Source of the DNA: the human T2T-CHM13v2.0 reference genome, Homo sapiens | Assembly: GCF_009914755.1 (NCBI RefSeq) | Contig: NC_060926.1 | Direction: 5' to 3' (one strand) | Length of the DNA stretch: 64,000 nucleotides | Part shown: in pieces, positions 27,383 to 42,327 of the stretch | Layout: every line of letters starts with the position of its first letter | Position numbering within the stretch: position 1 is the stretch's first letter | The notes under the pieces: model-generated | Told to the model about the DNA's origin: nothing | What the model saw: the letters and a program-made list of their open reading frames with translations, nothing else | Database searches by the model: none | Program-made: the position numbers and the translations under genes

Positions 27383-28400
27383 TTTCGTTGGAAACGGGAT
27401 TACATATAAAAAGCAGACAGCAGCATTCCCAGAAACTTCTTTGTGATGTTTGCATTCAAGTCACACAGTTGAACATTCCCTTTCATAGAGCAGGTTTGAA
27501 ACACTCTTTTTGTAGTATCTGGATGTGGACATTTGGAGCGCTTTCAGGCCTATGGTGAAAAAGGAAATATCTTCCCCTGAAAACTAGACAGAAGCATTCT
27601 CAGAAACTAATTTGTGATGTGCGCCCTCAACTAACAGTGTTGAAGCTTTCTTTTGATAGAGCAGTTTTGAAACACTCTTTTTGTAATATCTGCAAGAGGA
27701 TATTTGGATAGCTTTGAGGATTTCGTTGGAAACGGGATTAATTATAAAAAGCAGACAGCAGCATTCCCAGAATCTTGTTTGTGATGTTTGCATTCAAGTC
27801 ACAGAGTTGAACATTCCCTTTCAGAGAGCAGGTTTGAAACACTCTTTTTATAGTATCTGGATGTGGACATTTGGAGCGCTTTCAGGCCTATGGTGAAAAA
27901 GGAAATATCTTCTCCTGAAAACTAGAGAGAAGCATTCTCAGAATCTTATTTGTGATGTGCGCCCTCAACTAACAGTGTTGAAGCTTTCTTTTGATAGAGC
28001 AGTTTTGAAACACTCTTTTCGTAAAATCTGCAAGAGGATATTTGGATAGCTTTGAGGATTTCGTTGGAAACGGGATTGTCTTCATATAAACTCTAGACAG
28101 AAGCATTCTCAGAAGCTTCATTGGGATGTTTCAATTGAAGTCACAGTGTTGAACAGTCCCTTTCATAGAGCAGGTTTGAAACACTCTTTTTGTAGTATCT
28201 GGAAGTGGACATTTGGAGAGATCTCAGGAATACGGTGATAAAGGAAATATCTTCCAATAAAAGCTAGATAGAAGCAATGTCAGAAACTTTTTCATGACGT
28301 ATCTACTCAGCTAACAGAGTTGAACCTTTCTTTTGAGAGAGCAGTTTTGAAACACTCTTTTTGTGGAATCTGCAAGTGGATATTTGTCTAGCTTTGAGGA
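27383..28400 (+). repeat. 6-mer HOR variant (1018 bp)
   Basis: Anchors 27343 to 28361; TTAATTAT marker at ~27738. Confidence 0.9.
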
Positions 28401-31400
28401 TTTCGTTTGAAACGGGATTACATATAAAAAGCAGACAGCAGCATTCCCAGAAACTTCTTTGTGAAGTTTGCATTGAAGTCACAGAGTTGAACATTCCCTT
28501 TCATAGAGCAGGTTTGAAACACTCTTTTTGTAGTATCTGTATGTGGACATTTGGAGCGCTTTCAGGCCTATGGTGAAAAAGGAAATATCTTCCCCTGAAA
28601 ACTAGACAGAAGCATTCTCAGAAACTTATTTGTGATGTGCGCCCTCAACTAACAGTGTTGAAGCTTTCTTTTGATAGAGCAGTTTTGAAACACTCTTTTT
28701 GTAATATCTGCAAGAGGATATTTGGATAGCTTTGAGGATTTCGTTGGAAACGGGATTGTCTTCATATAAACTCTAGACAGAAGCATTCTCAGAAGCTTCA
28801 TTGGGATGTTTCAATTGAAGTCACAGTGTTGAACAGTCCCTTTCATAGAGCAGGTTTGAAACACTCTTTTTGTAGTATCTGGAAGTGGACATTTGGAGCG
28901 CTCTCAGGACTACGGTGAAAAAGGAAATATCTTCCAATAAAAGCTAGATAGAAGCAATGTCAGAAACTTTTTCATGATGTATCTACTCAGCTAACAGAGT
29001 TGAACCTTTCTTTTGAGAGAGCAGTTTTGAAACACTCTTTTTGTGGAATCTGCAAGTGGATATTTGTCTAGCTTTGAGGATTTCGTTGGAAACGGGATTA
29101 CATATAAAAACCAGACAGCAGCATTCCCAGAATCTTCTTTGTGATGTTTGCATTCAAGTCACAGAGTTGAACATTCCCTTTCATAGAGCAGGTTTGAAAC
29201 ACTCTTTTTGTAGTATCTGGATGTGGACATTTGGAGCGCTTTCAGGCCTATGGTGAAAAAGGAAATATCTTCCCCTGAAAACTAGACAGAAGCATTCTCA
29301 GAATCTTATTTGTGATGTGCGCCCTCAACTAACAGTGTTGAAGCTTTCTTTTGATAGAGCAGTTTTGAAACACTCTTTTTGTAAAATCTGCAAGAGGATA
29401 TTTGGATAGCTTTGAGGATTTCGTTGGAAACGGGATTGTCTTCATATAAACTCCAGACAGAAGCATTCTCAGAAGCTTCATTGGGATGTTTCAGTTGAAG
29501 TCACAGTGTTGAACAGTCCCTTTCATAGAGCAGGTTTGAAACACTCTTTTTGTAGTATCTGGAAGTGGACATTTGGAGCGCTCTCAGGACTGCGGTGAAA
29601 AAGGAAATATCTTCCAATAAAAGCTAGATAGAAGCAATGTCAGAAACTTTTTCATGATGTATCTACTCAGCTAACAGAGTTGAACCTTCCTTTGAGAGAG
29701 CAGTTTTGAAACACTCTTTTTGTGGAATCTGCAAGTGGATATTTGTCTAGCTTTGAGGATTGCGTTGGAAACGGGATTACATATAAAAAGCAGACAGCAG
29801 CATTCCCAGAAACTTCTTTGTGATGTTTGCATTCAAGTCACAGAGTTGAACATTCCCTTTCATAGAGCAGGTTTGAAACACTCTTTTTGTAGTATCTGGA
29901 TGTGGACATTTGGAGCGCTTTCAGGCCTATGGTGAAAAAGGAAATATCTTCCCCTGAAAACTAGACAGAAGCATTCTCAGAATCTTATTTGTGATGTGCG
30001 CCCTCAACTAACAGTGTTGAAGCTTTCTTTTGATAGAGCAGTTTTGAAACACTCTTTTTGTAAAATCTGCAAGAGGATATTTGGATAGCTTTGAGGATTT
30101 CGTTGGAAACGGGATTGTCTTCATATAAACTCTAGTCAGAAGCATTCTCAGAAGCTTCATTGGGATGTTTCAATTGAAGTCACAGTGTTGAACAGTCCCT
30201 TTCATAGAGCAGGTTTGAAACACTCTTTTTGTAGTATCTGGAAGTGGACATTTGGAGCGCTCTCAGGACTGCGGTGAAAAAGGAAATATCTTCCAATAAA
30301 AGCTACATAGAAGCAATGTCAGAATCTTTTTCATGATGTGTCTACTCAGCTAACAGAGTTGAACCTTCCTTTGAGAGAGCAGTTTTGAAACACTCTTTTT
30401 GTGGAATCTGCAAGTGGATATTTGTCTAGCTTTGAGGATTTCGTTGGAAACGGGATTACATATAAAAAGCAGACAGCAGCATTCCCAGAAACTTCTTTGT
30501 GATGTTTGCATTCAAGTCACAGAGTTGAACATTCCCTTTCATAGAGCAGGTTTGAAACACTCTTTTTGTAGTATCTGGATGTGGACATTTGGAGCGCTTT
30601 CAGGCCTATGGTGAAAAAGGAAATATCTTCCCCTGAAAACTAGACAGAAGCATTCTCAGAATCTTATTTGTGATGTGCGCCCTCAACTAACAGTGTTGAA
30701 GCTTTCTTTTGATAGAGCAGTTTTGAAACACTCTTTTTGTAAAATCTGCAAGAGGATATTTGGATAGCTTTGAGGATTTCGTTGGAAACGGGATTGTCTT
30801 CATATAAACTCTAGACAGAAGCATTCTCAGAAGCTTCATTGGGATGTTTCAATTGAAGTCACAGTGTTGAACAGTCCCTTTCATAGAGCAGGTTTGAAAC
30901 ACTCTTTTTGTAGTATCTGGAAGTGGACATTTGGAGCGCTCTCAGGACTGCGGTTAAAAAGGAAATATCTTCCAATAAAAGCTACATAGAAGCAATGTCA
31001 GAATCTTTTTCATGATGTGTCTACTCAGCTAACAGAGTTGAACCTTCCTTTGAGAGAGCAGTTTTGAAACACTCTTTTTGTGGAATCTGCAAGTGGATAT
31101 TTGTCTAGCTTTGAGGATTTCGTTGGAAACGGGATTACATATAAAAAGCAGACAGCAGCATTCCCAGAAACTTCTTTGTGATGTTTGCATTCAAGTCACA
31201 GAGTTGAACATTCCCTTTCATAGAGCAGGTTTGAAACACTCTTTTTGTAGTATCTGGATGTGGACATTTGGAGCGCTTTCAGGCCTATGGTGAAAACGGA
31301 AATATCTTCCCCTGAAAACTAGACAGAAGCATTCTCAGAATCTTATTTGTGATGTGCGCCCTCAACTAACAGTGTTGAAGCTTTCTTTTGATAGAGCAGT

Positions 31401-33835
31401 TTTGAAACACTCTTTTTGTAAAATATGCAAGAGGATATTTGGATAGCTTTGAGGATTTCGTTGGAAACGGGATTGTCTTCATATAAACTCTAGACAGAAG
31501 CATTCTCAGAAGCTTCATTGGGATGTTTCAATTGAAGTCACAGTGTTGAACAGTCCCTTTCATAGAGCAGGTTTGAAACACTCTTTTTGTAGTATCTGGA
31601 TGTGGACATTTCGAGCGCTTTCAGGCCTATGGTGAAAAAGGAAATATCTTCCCCTGAAAACTAGACAGAAGCATTCTCAGAAACTTATTTGTGATGTGCG
31701 CCCTCAACTAACAGTGTTGAAGCTTTCTCTTGATAGAGCAGTTTTGAAACACTCTTTTTGTGGAATCTGCACGTGGATATTTGTCTAGCTTTGAGGATTT
31801 CGTTGGAAACGGGATTACATATAAAAAGCAGACAGCAGCATTCCCAGAATCTTCTTTGTGATGTTTGCATTCAAGTCACAGAGTTGAACATTCCCTTTCA
31901 TAGAGCAGGTTTGAAACACTCTTTTTATAGTATCTGGATGTGGACATTTGGAGCGCTTTCAGGCCTATGGTGAAAAAGGAAATATATTCTCCTGAAAACT
32001 AGACAGAAGCATTCTCAGAATCTTATTTGTGATGTGCGCCCTCAACTAACAGTGTTGAAGCTTTCTTTTGATAGAGCAGTTTTGAAACACTCTTTTTGTA
32101 AAATCTGCAAGAGGATATTTGGATAGCTTTGAGGATTTCGTTGGAAACGGGATTGTCTTCATATAAACTCTAGACAGAAGCATTCTCAGAAGCTTCATTG
32201 GGATGTTTCAATTGAAGTCACAGTGTTGAACAGTCCCTTTCATAGAGCAGGTTTGAAACACTCTTTTTGTAGTATCTGGAAGTGGACATTTGGAGCGCTC
32301 TCAGGACTACGGTGAAAAAGGAAGTATCTTCCAATAAAAGCTAGATAGAAGCAATGTCAGAAACTTTTTCATGATGTATCTACTCAGCAAACAGAGTTGA
32401 ACCTTTCTTTTGAGAGAGCAGTTTTGAAACACTCTTTTTGTGGAATCTGCAAGTGGATATTTGTCTAGCTTTGAGGATTTCGTTGGAAACGGGATTACAT
32501 ATAAAAAGCAGACAGCAGCATTCCCAGAAACTTCTTTGTGATGTTTGCATTCAAGTCACACAGTTGAACATTCCCTTTCATAGAGCAGGTTTGAAACACT
32601 CTTTTTGTAGTATCTGTATGTGGACATTTGGAGCGCTTTCAGGCCTATGGTGAAAAAGGAAATATCTTCCCCTGAAAACTAGACAGAAGCATTCTCAGAA
32701 ACTTATTTGTGATGTGCGCCCTCAACTAACAGTGTTGAAGCTTTCTTTTGATAGAGCAGTTTTGAAACACTCTTTTTGTAATATCTGCAAGAGGATATTT
32801 GGATAGCTTTGAGGATTTCGTTGGAAACGGGATTGTGTTCATATAAACTCTAGACAGAAGCATTCTCAGAAGCTTCATTGGGATGTTTCAATTGAAGTCA
32901 CAGTGTTGAACAGTCCCTTTCATAGAGCAGGTTTGAAACACTCTTTTTGTAGTATCTGGAAGTGGACATTTGGAGCGCTCTCAGGACTACGGTGATAAAG
33001 GAAATATCTTCCAATAAAAGCTAGATAGAAGCAATGTCAGAAACTTTTTCATGATGTATCTACTCAGCTAACAGAGTTGAACCTTTCTTTTGAGAGAGCA
33101 GTTTTGAAACACTCTTTTTGTGGAATCTGCAAGTGGATATTTGTCTAGCTTTGAGGATTTCGTTGGAAACGGGATTACATATAAAAACCAGACAGCAGCA
33201 TTCCCAGAATCTTCTTTGTGATGTTTGCATTCAAGTCACAGAGTTGAACATTCCCTTTCATAGAGCAGGTTTGAAACACTCTTTTTGTAGTATCTGGATG
33301 TGGACATTTGGAGCGCTTTCAGGCCTATGGTGAAAAAGAAATATCTTCCCCTGAAAACTAGACAGAAGCATTCTCAGAATCTTATTTGTGATGTGCGCCC
33401 TCAACTAACAGTGTTGAAGCTTTCTTTTGATAGAGCAGTTTTGAAACACTCTTTTTGTAAAATCTGCAAGAGGATATTTGGATAGCTTTGAGGATTTCGT
33501 TGGAAACGGGATTGTCTTCATATAAACTCCAGACAGAAGCATTCTGAGAAGCTTCATTGGGATGTTTCAGTTGAAGTCACAGTGTTGAACAGTCCCTTTC
33601 ATAGAGCAGGTTTGAAACACTCTTTTTGTAGTATCTGGAAGTGGACATTTGGAGCGCTCTCAGGACTGCGGTGAAAAAGGAAATATCTTCCAATAAAAGC
33701 TAGATAGAAGCAATGTCAGAAACTTTTTCATGATGTATCTACTCAGCTAACAGAGTTGAACCTTCCTTTGAGAGAGCAGTTTTGAAACACTCTTTTTGTG
33801 GAATCTGCAAGTGGATATTTGTCTAGCTTTGAGGA

Positions 33836-34853
33836 TTTCGTTGGAAACGGGATTACATATAAAAAGCAGACAGCAGCATTCCCAGAAACTTCTTTGTGAT
33901 GTTTGCATTCAAGTCACACAGTTGAACATTCCCTTTCATAGAGCAGGTTTGAAACACTCTTTTTGTAGTATCTGGATGTGGACATTTGGAGCGCTTTCAG
34001 GCCTATGGTGAAAAAGGAAATATCTTCCCCTGAAAACTAGACAGAAGCATTCTCAGAAACTTATTTGTGATGTGCGCCCTCAACTAACAGTGTTGAAGCT
34101 TTCTTTTGATAGAGCAGTTTTGAAACACTCTTTTTGTAATATCTGCAAGAGGATATTTGGATAGCTTTGAGGATTTCGTTGGAAACGGGATTAATTATAA
34201 AAAGCAGACAGCAGCATTCCCAGAATCTTGTTTGTGATGTTTGCATTCAAGTCACAGAGTTGAACATTCCCTTTCAGAGAGCAGGTTTGAAACACTCTTT
34301 TTATAGTATCTGGATGTGGACATTTGGAGCGCTTTCAGGCCTATGGTGAAAAAGGAAATATCTTCTCCTGAAAACTAGAGAGAAGCATTCTCAGAATCTT
34401 ATTTGTGATGTGCGCCCTCAACTAACAGTGTTGAAGCTTTCTTTTGATAGAGCAGTTTTGAAACACTCTTTTCGTAAAATCTGCAAGAGGATATTTGGAT
34501 AGCTTTGAGGATTTCGTTGGAAACGGGATTGTCTTCATATAAACTCTAGACAGAAGCATTCTCAGAAGCTTCATTGGGATGTTTCAATTGAAGTCACAGT
34601 GTTGAACAGTCCCTTTCATAGAGCAGGTTTGAAACACTCTTTTTGTAGTATCTGGATGTGGACATTTGGAGCGCTTTCAGGCCTATGGTTTAAAAGGAAA
34701 TATCTTCCCCTGAAAACTAGACAGAAGCATTCTCAGAAACTTATTTGTGATGTGCGCCCTCAACTAACACTGTTGAAGCATTCTTTTGATAGAGCAGTTT
34801 TGAAACACTCTTTTTGTGGAATCTGCAAGTGGATATTTGTCTAGCTTTGAGGA
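33836..34853 (+). repeat. 6-mer HOR variant (1018 bp)
   Basis: Anchors 33796 to 34814; TTAATTAT marker at ~34191. Confidence 0.9.
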
Positions 34854-37800
34854 TTTCGTTGGAAACGGGATTACATATAAAAAGCAGACAGCAGCATTCC
34901 CAGAAACTTCTTTGTGATGTTTGCATTCAAGTCACAGAGTTGAACATTCCCTTTTATAGAGCAGGTTTGAAACACTCTTTTTGTAGTATCTGGATGTGGA
35001 CATTTGGAGCGCTTTCAGGCCTATGGTGAAAAAGGAAATATCTTCCCCTGAAAACTAGACAGAAGCATTCTCAGAAACTTATTTGTGATGTGCGCCCTCA
35101 ACTAACAGTGTTGAACCTTTCTTTTGATAGAGCAGTTTTGAAACACTCTTTTTGTAATATCTGCAAGAGGATATTTGGATAGCTTTGAGGATTTCTTTGG
35201 AAACGGGATTGTCTTCATATAAACTCTAGACAGAAGCATTCTCAGAAGCTTCATTGGGATGTTTCAATTGAAGTCACAGTGTTGAACAGTCCCTTTCATA
35301 GAGCAGGTTTGAAACACTCTTTTTGTAGTATCTGGAAGTGGACATTTGGAGAGATCTCAGGAATACGGTGATAAAGGAAATATCTTCCAATAAAAGCTAC
35401 ATAGAAGCAATGTCAGAAACTTTTTCATGATGTATCTACTCAGCTAACAGAGTTGAACCTTTCTTTTGAGAGAGCAGTTTTGAAACACTCTTTTTGTGGA
35501 ATCTGCAAGTGGATATTTGTCTAGCTTTGAGGATTTCGTTGGAAACGGGATTACATATAAAAAGCAGACAGCAGCATTCCCAGTAACTTCTTTGTGGTGT
35601 TTGCATTCAAGTCACAGAGTTGAACATTCCCTTTCATAGAGCAGGTTTGAAACACTCTTTTTGTAGTATCTGGATGTGGACATTTGGAGCGCTTTCAGGC
35701 CTATGGTGAAAAAGGAAATATCTTCCCCTGAAAACTAGACAGAAGCATTCTCAGAATCTTATTTGTGATGTGCGCCCTCAACTAACAGTGTTGAAGCTTT
35801 CTTTTGATAGAGCAGTTTTGAAACACTCTTTTTGTAAAATCTGCAAGAGGATATTTGGATAGCTTTGAGGATTTCGTTGGAAACGGGATTGTCTTCATAT
35901 AAACTCCAGACAGAAGCATTCTCAGAAGCTTCATTGGGATGTTTCAGTTGAAGTCACAGTGTTGAACAGTCCCTTTCATAGAGCAGGTTTGAAACACTCT
36001 TTTTGTAGTATCTGGAAGTGGACATTTGGAGCGCTCTCAGGACTGCGGTGAAAAAGGAAATATCTTCCAATAAAAGCTAGATAGAAGCAATGTCAGAAAC
36101 TTTTTCATGATGTATCTACTCAGCTAACAGAGTTGAACCTTCCTTTGAGAGAGCAGTTTTGAAACACTCTTTTTGTGGAATCTGCAAGTGGATATTTGTC
36201 TAGCTTTGAGGATTTCGTTGGAAACGGGATTACATATAAAAAGCAGACAGCAGCATTCCCAGAAACTTCTTTGTGATGTTTGCATTCAAGTCACAGAGTT
36301 GAACATTCCCTTTCATAGAGCAGGTTTGAAACACTCTTTTTGTAGTATCTGGATGTGGACATTTGGAGCGCTTTCAGGCCTATGGTGAAAAAGGAAATAT
36401 CTTCCCCTGAAAACTAGACAGAAGCATTCTCAGAATCTTATTTGTGATGTGCGCCCTCAACTAACAGTGTTGAAGCTTTCTTTTGATAGAGCAGTTTTGA
36501 AACACTCTTTTTGTAAAATCTGCAAGAGGATATTTGGATAGCTTTGAGGATTTCGTTGGAAACGGGATTGTCTTCATATAAACTCTAGACAGAAGCATTC
36601 TCAGAAGCTTCATTGGGATGTTTCAATTGAAGTCACAGTGTTGAACAGTCCCTTTCATAGAGCAGGTTTGAAACACTCTTTTTGTAGTATCTGGAAGTGG
36701 ACATTTGGAGAGATCTCAGGAATACGGTGATAAAGGAAATATCTTCCAATAAAAGCTACATAGAAGCAATGTCAGAAACTTTTTCATGATGTATCTACTC
36801 AGCTAACAGAGTTGAACCTTTCTTTTGAGAGAGCAGTTTTGAAACACTCTTTTTGTGGAATCTGCAAGTGGATATTTGTCTAGCTTTGAGGATTTCGTTG
36901 GAAACGGGATTACATATAAAAAGCAGACAGCAGCATTCCCAGTAACTTCTTTGTGGTGTTTGCATTCAAGTCACAGAGTTGAACATTCCCTTTCATAGAG
37001 CAGGTTTGAAACACTCTTTTTGTAGTATCTGGATGTGGACATTTGGAGCGCTTTCAGGCCTATGGTGAAAAAGGAAATATCTTCCCCTGAAAACTAGACA
37101 GAAGCATTCTCAGAATCTTATTTGTGATGTGCGCCCTCAACTAACAGTGTTGAAGCTTTCTTTTGATAGAGCAGTTTTGAAACACTCTTTTTGTAAAATC
37201 TGCAAGAGGATATTTGGATAGCTTTGAGGATTTCGTTGGAAACGGGATTGTCTTCATATAAACTCCAGACAGAAGCATTCTCAGAAGCTTCATTGGGATG
37301 TTTCAGTTGAAGTCACAGTGTTGAACAGTCCCTTTCATAGAGCAGGTTTGAAACACTCTTTTTGTAGTATCTGGAAGTGGACATTTGGAGCGCTCTCAGG
37401 ACTGCGGTGAAAAAGGAAATATCTTCCAATAAAAGCTAGATAGAAGCAATGTCAGAAACTTTTTCATGATGTATCTACTCAGCTAACAGAGTTGAACCTT
37501 CCTTTGAGAGAGCAGTTTTGAAACACTCTTTTTGTGGAATCTGCAAGTGGATATTTGTCTAGCTTTGAGGATTTCGTTGGAAACGGGATTACATATAAAA
37601 AGCAGACAGCAGCATTCCCAGAAACTTCTTTGTGATGTTTGCATTCAAGTCACAGAGTTGAACATTCCCTTTCATAGAGCAGGTTTGAAACACTCTTTTT
37701 GTAGTATCTGGATGTGGACATTTGGAGCGCTTTCAGGCCTATGGTGAAAAAGGAAATATCTTCCCCTGAAAACTAGACAGAAGCATTCTCAGAATCTTAT

Positions 37801-40800
37801 TTGTGATGTGCGCCCTCAACTAACAGTGTTGAAGCTTTCTTTTGATAGAGCAGTTTTGAAACACTCTTTTTGTAAAATCTGCAAGAGGATATTTGGATAG
37901 CTTTGAGGATTTCGTTGGAAACGGGATTGTCTTCATATAAACTCTAGACAGAAGAATTCTCAGAAGCTTCATTGGGATGTTTCAATTGAAGTCACAGTGT
38001 TGAACAGTCCCTTTCATAGAGCAGGTTTGAAACACTCTTTTTGTAGTATCTGGAAGTGGACATTTGGAGCGCTCTCAGGACTGCGGTTAAAAAGGAAATA
38101 TCTTCCAATAAAAGCTACATAGAAGCAATGTCAGAATCTTTTTCATGATGTGTCCACTCAGCTAACAGAGTTGAACCTTCCTTTGAGAGAGCAGTTTTGA
38201 AACACTCTTTTTGTGGAATCTGCAAGTGGATATTTGTCTAGCTTTGAGGATTTCGTTGGAAACGGGATTACATATAAAAAGCAGACAGCAGCATTCCCAG
38301 AAACTTCTTTGTGATATTTGCATTCAAGTCACAGAGTTGAACATTCCCTTTCATAGAGCAGGTTTGAAACGCTCTTTTTGTAGTATCTGGATGTGGACAT
38401 TTGGAGCGCTTTCAGGCCTATGGTGAAAACGGAAATATCTTCCCCTGAAAACTAGACAGAAGCATTCTCAGAATCTTATTTGTGATGTGCGCCCTCAACT
38501 AACAGTGTTGAAGCTTTCTTTTGATAGAGCAGTTTTGAAACACACTTTTTGTAAAATCTGCAAGAGGATATTTGGATAGCTTTGAGGATTTCGTTGGAAA
38601 CGGGATTGTCTTCATATAAACTCTAGACAGAAGCATTCTCAGAAGCTTCATTGGGATGTTTCAATTGAAGTCACAGTGTTGAACAGTCCCTTTCATAGAG
38701 CAGGTTTGAAACACTCTTTTTGTAGTATCTGGATGTGGACATTTGGAGCGCTTTCAGGCCTATGGTGAAAAAGGAAATATCTTCCCCTGAAAACTAGACA
38801 GAAGCATTCTCAGAAACTTATTTGTGATGTGCGCCCTCAACTAACAGTGTTGAAGCTTTCTTTTGATAGAGCAGTTTTGAAACACTCTTTTTGTGGAATC
38901 TGCACGTGGATATTTGTCTAGCTTTGAGGATTTCGTTGGAAACGGGATTACATATAAAAAGCAGACAGCAGCATTCCCAGAATCTTCTTTGTGATGTTTG
39001 CATTCAAGTCACAGAGTTGAACATTCCCTTTCATAGAGCAGGTTTGAAACACTCTTTTTATAGTATCTGGATGTGGACATTTGGAGCGCTTTCAGGCCTA
39101 TGGTGAAAAAGGAAATATATTCTCCTGAAAACTAGACAGAAGCATTCTCAGAATCTTATTTGTGATGTGCGCCCTCAACTAACAGTGTTGAAGCTTTCTT
39201 TTGATAGAGCAGTTTTGAAACACTCTTTTTGTAAAATCTGCAAGAGGATATTTGGATAGCTTTGAGGATTTCGTTGGAAACGGGATTGTCTTCATATAAA
39301 CTCTAGACAGAAGCATTCTCAGAAGCTTCATTGGGATGTTTCAATTGAAGTCACAGTGTTGAACAGTCCCTTTCATAGAGCAGGTTTGAAACACTCTTTT
39401 TGTAGTATCTGGAAGTGGACATTTGGAGCGCTCTCATTACTACGGTGAAAAAGGAAGTATCTTCCAATAAAAGCTAGATAGAAGCAATGTCAGAAACTTT
39501 TTCATGATGTATCTACTCAGCAAACAGAGTTGAACCTTTCTTTTGAGAGAGCAGTTTTGAAACACTCTTTTTGTGGAATCTGCAAGTGGATATTTGTCTA
39601 GCTTTGAGGATTTCGTTGGAAACGGGATTACATATAAAAAGCAGACAGCAGCATTCCCAGAAACTTCTTTGTGATGTTTGCATTCAAGTCACACAGTTGA
39701 ACATTCCCTTTCATAGAGCAGGTTTGAAACACTCTTTTTGTAGTATCTGGATGTGGACATTTGGAGCGCTTTCAGGTCTATGGTGAAAAAGGAAATATCT
39801 TCCCCTGAAAACTAGACAGAAGCATTCTCAGAAACTTATTTCTGATGTGCGCCCTCAACTAACACTGTTGAACCTTTCTTTTGATAGAGCAGTTTTGAAA
39901 CACTCTTTTTGTAATATCTGCAAGAGGATATTTGGATAGCTTTGAGGATTTCGTTGGAAACGGGATTGTCTTCATATAAACTATAGACAGAAGCATTCTC
40001 AGAAGCTTCATTGGGATGTTTCAATTGAAGTCACAGTGTTGAACAGTCCCTTTCATAGAGCAGGTTTGAAACACTCTTTTTGTAGTATCTGGAAGTGGAC
40101 ATTTGGAGAGATCTCAGGAATACGGTGATAAAGGAAATATCTTCCAATAAAAGCTAGATAGAAGCAATGTCAGAAACTTTTTCATGACGTATCTACTCAG
40201 CTAACAGAGTTGAACCTTTCTTTTGAGAGAGCAGTTTTGAAACACTCTTTTTGTGGAATCTGCAAGTGGATATTTGTCTAGCTTTGAGGATTTCGTTGGA
40301 AACGGGATTACATATAAAAAGCAGACAGCAGCATTCCCAGAAACTTCTTTGTGAAGTTTGCATTGAAGTCACAGAGTTGAACATTCCCTTTCATAGAGCA
40401 GGTTTGAAACACTCTTTTTGTAGTATCTGTATGTGGACATTTGGAGCGCTTTCAGGCCTATGGTGAAAAAGGAAATATCTTCCCCTGAAAACTAGACAGA
40501 AGCATTCTCAGAAACTTATTTGTGATGTGCGCCCTCAACTAACAGTGTTGAAGCTTTCTTTTGATAGAGCAGTTTTGAAACACTCTTTTTGTAATATCTG
40601 CAAGAGGATATTTGGATAGCTTTGAGGATTTCGTTGGAAACGGGATTGTCTTCATATAAACTCCAGACAGAAGCATTCTCAGAAGCTTCATTGGGATGTT
40701 TCAGTTGAAGTCACAGTGTTGAACAGTCCCTTTCATAGAGCAGGTTTGAAACACTCTTTTTGTAGTATCTGGAAGTGGACATTTGGAGCGCTCTCAGGAC

Positions 40801-42327
40801 TGCGGTGAAAAAGGAAATATCTTCCAATAAAAGCTAGATAGAAGCAATGTCAGAAACTTTTTCATGATGTATCTACTCAGCTAACAGAGTTGAACCTTCC
40901 TTTGAGAGAGCAGTTTTGAAACACTCTTTTTGTGGAATCTGCAAGTGGATATTTGTCTAGCTTTGAGGATTGCGTTGGAAACGGGATTACATATAAAAAG
41001 CAGACAGCAGCATTCCCAGAAACTTCTTTGTGATGTTTGCATTCAAGTCACACAGTTGAACATTCCCTTTCATAGAGCAGGTTTGAAACACTCTTTTTGT
41101 AGTATCTGGATGTGGACATTTGGAGCGCTTTCAGGCCTATGGTGAAAAAGGAAATATCTTCCCCTGAAAACTAGACAGAAGCATTCTCAGAATCTTATTT
41201 GTGATGTGCGCCCTCAACTAACAGTGTTGAAGCTTTCTTTTGATAGAGCAGTTTTGAAACACTCTTTTTGTAAAATCTGCAAGAGGATATTTGGATAGCT
41301 TTGAGGATTTCGTTGGAAACGGGATTGTCTTCATATAAACTCTAGTCAGAAGCATTCTCAGAAGCTTCATTGGGATGTTTCAATTGAAGTCACAGTGTTG
41401 AACAGTCCCTTTCATAGAGCAGGTTTGAAACACTCTTTTTGTAGTATCTGGAAGTGGACATTTGGAGCGCTCTCAGACTGCGGTGAAAAAGGAAATATCT
41501 TCCAATAAAAGCTACATAGAAGCAATGTCAGAATCTTTTTCATGATGTGTCTACTCAGCTAACAGAGTTGAACCTTCCTTTGAGAGAGCAGTTTTGAAAC
41601 ACTCTTTTTGTGGAATCTGCAAGTGGATATTTGTCTAGCTTTGAGGATTTCGTTGGAAACGGGATTACATATAAAAAGCAGACAGCAGCATTCCCAGAAA
41701 CTTCTTTGTGATATTTGCATTCAAGTCACAGAGTTGAACATTCCCTTTCATAGAGCAGGTTTGAAACACTCTTTTTGTAGTATCTGGATGTGGACATTTG
41801 GAGCGCTTTCAGGCCTATGGTGAAAACGGAAATATCTTCCCCTGAAAACTAGACAGAAGCATTCTCAGAATCTTATTTGTGATGTGCGCCCTCAACTAAC
41901 AGTGTTGAAGCTTTCTTTTGATAGAGCAGTTTTGAAACACTCTTTTTGTAAAATCTGCAAGAGGATATTTGGATAGCTTTGAGGATTTCGTTGGAAACGG
42001 GATTGTCTTCATATAAACTCTAGACAGAAGCATTCTCAGAAGCTTCATTGGGATGTTTCAGTTGAAGTCACAGTGTTGAACAGTCCCTTTCATAGAGCAG
42101 GTTTGAAACACTCTTTTTGTAGTATCTGGAAGTGGACATTTGGAGTGCTCTCAGGACTGCGGTGAAAAAGGAAGTATCTTCCAATAAAAGCTACATAGAA
42201 GCAATGTCAGAAACTTTTTCGTGAAGTATCTACTCAGCTAACAGAGTTGAACCTTTCTTTTGAGAGAGCAGTTTTGAAACACTCTTTTTGTGGAATCTGC
42301 AAGTGGATATTTGTCTAGCTTTGAGGA

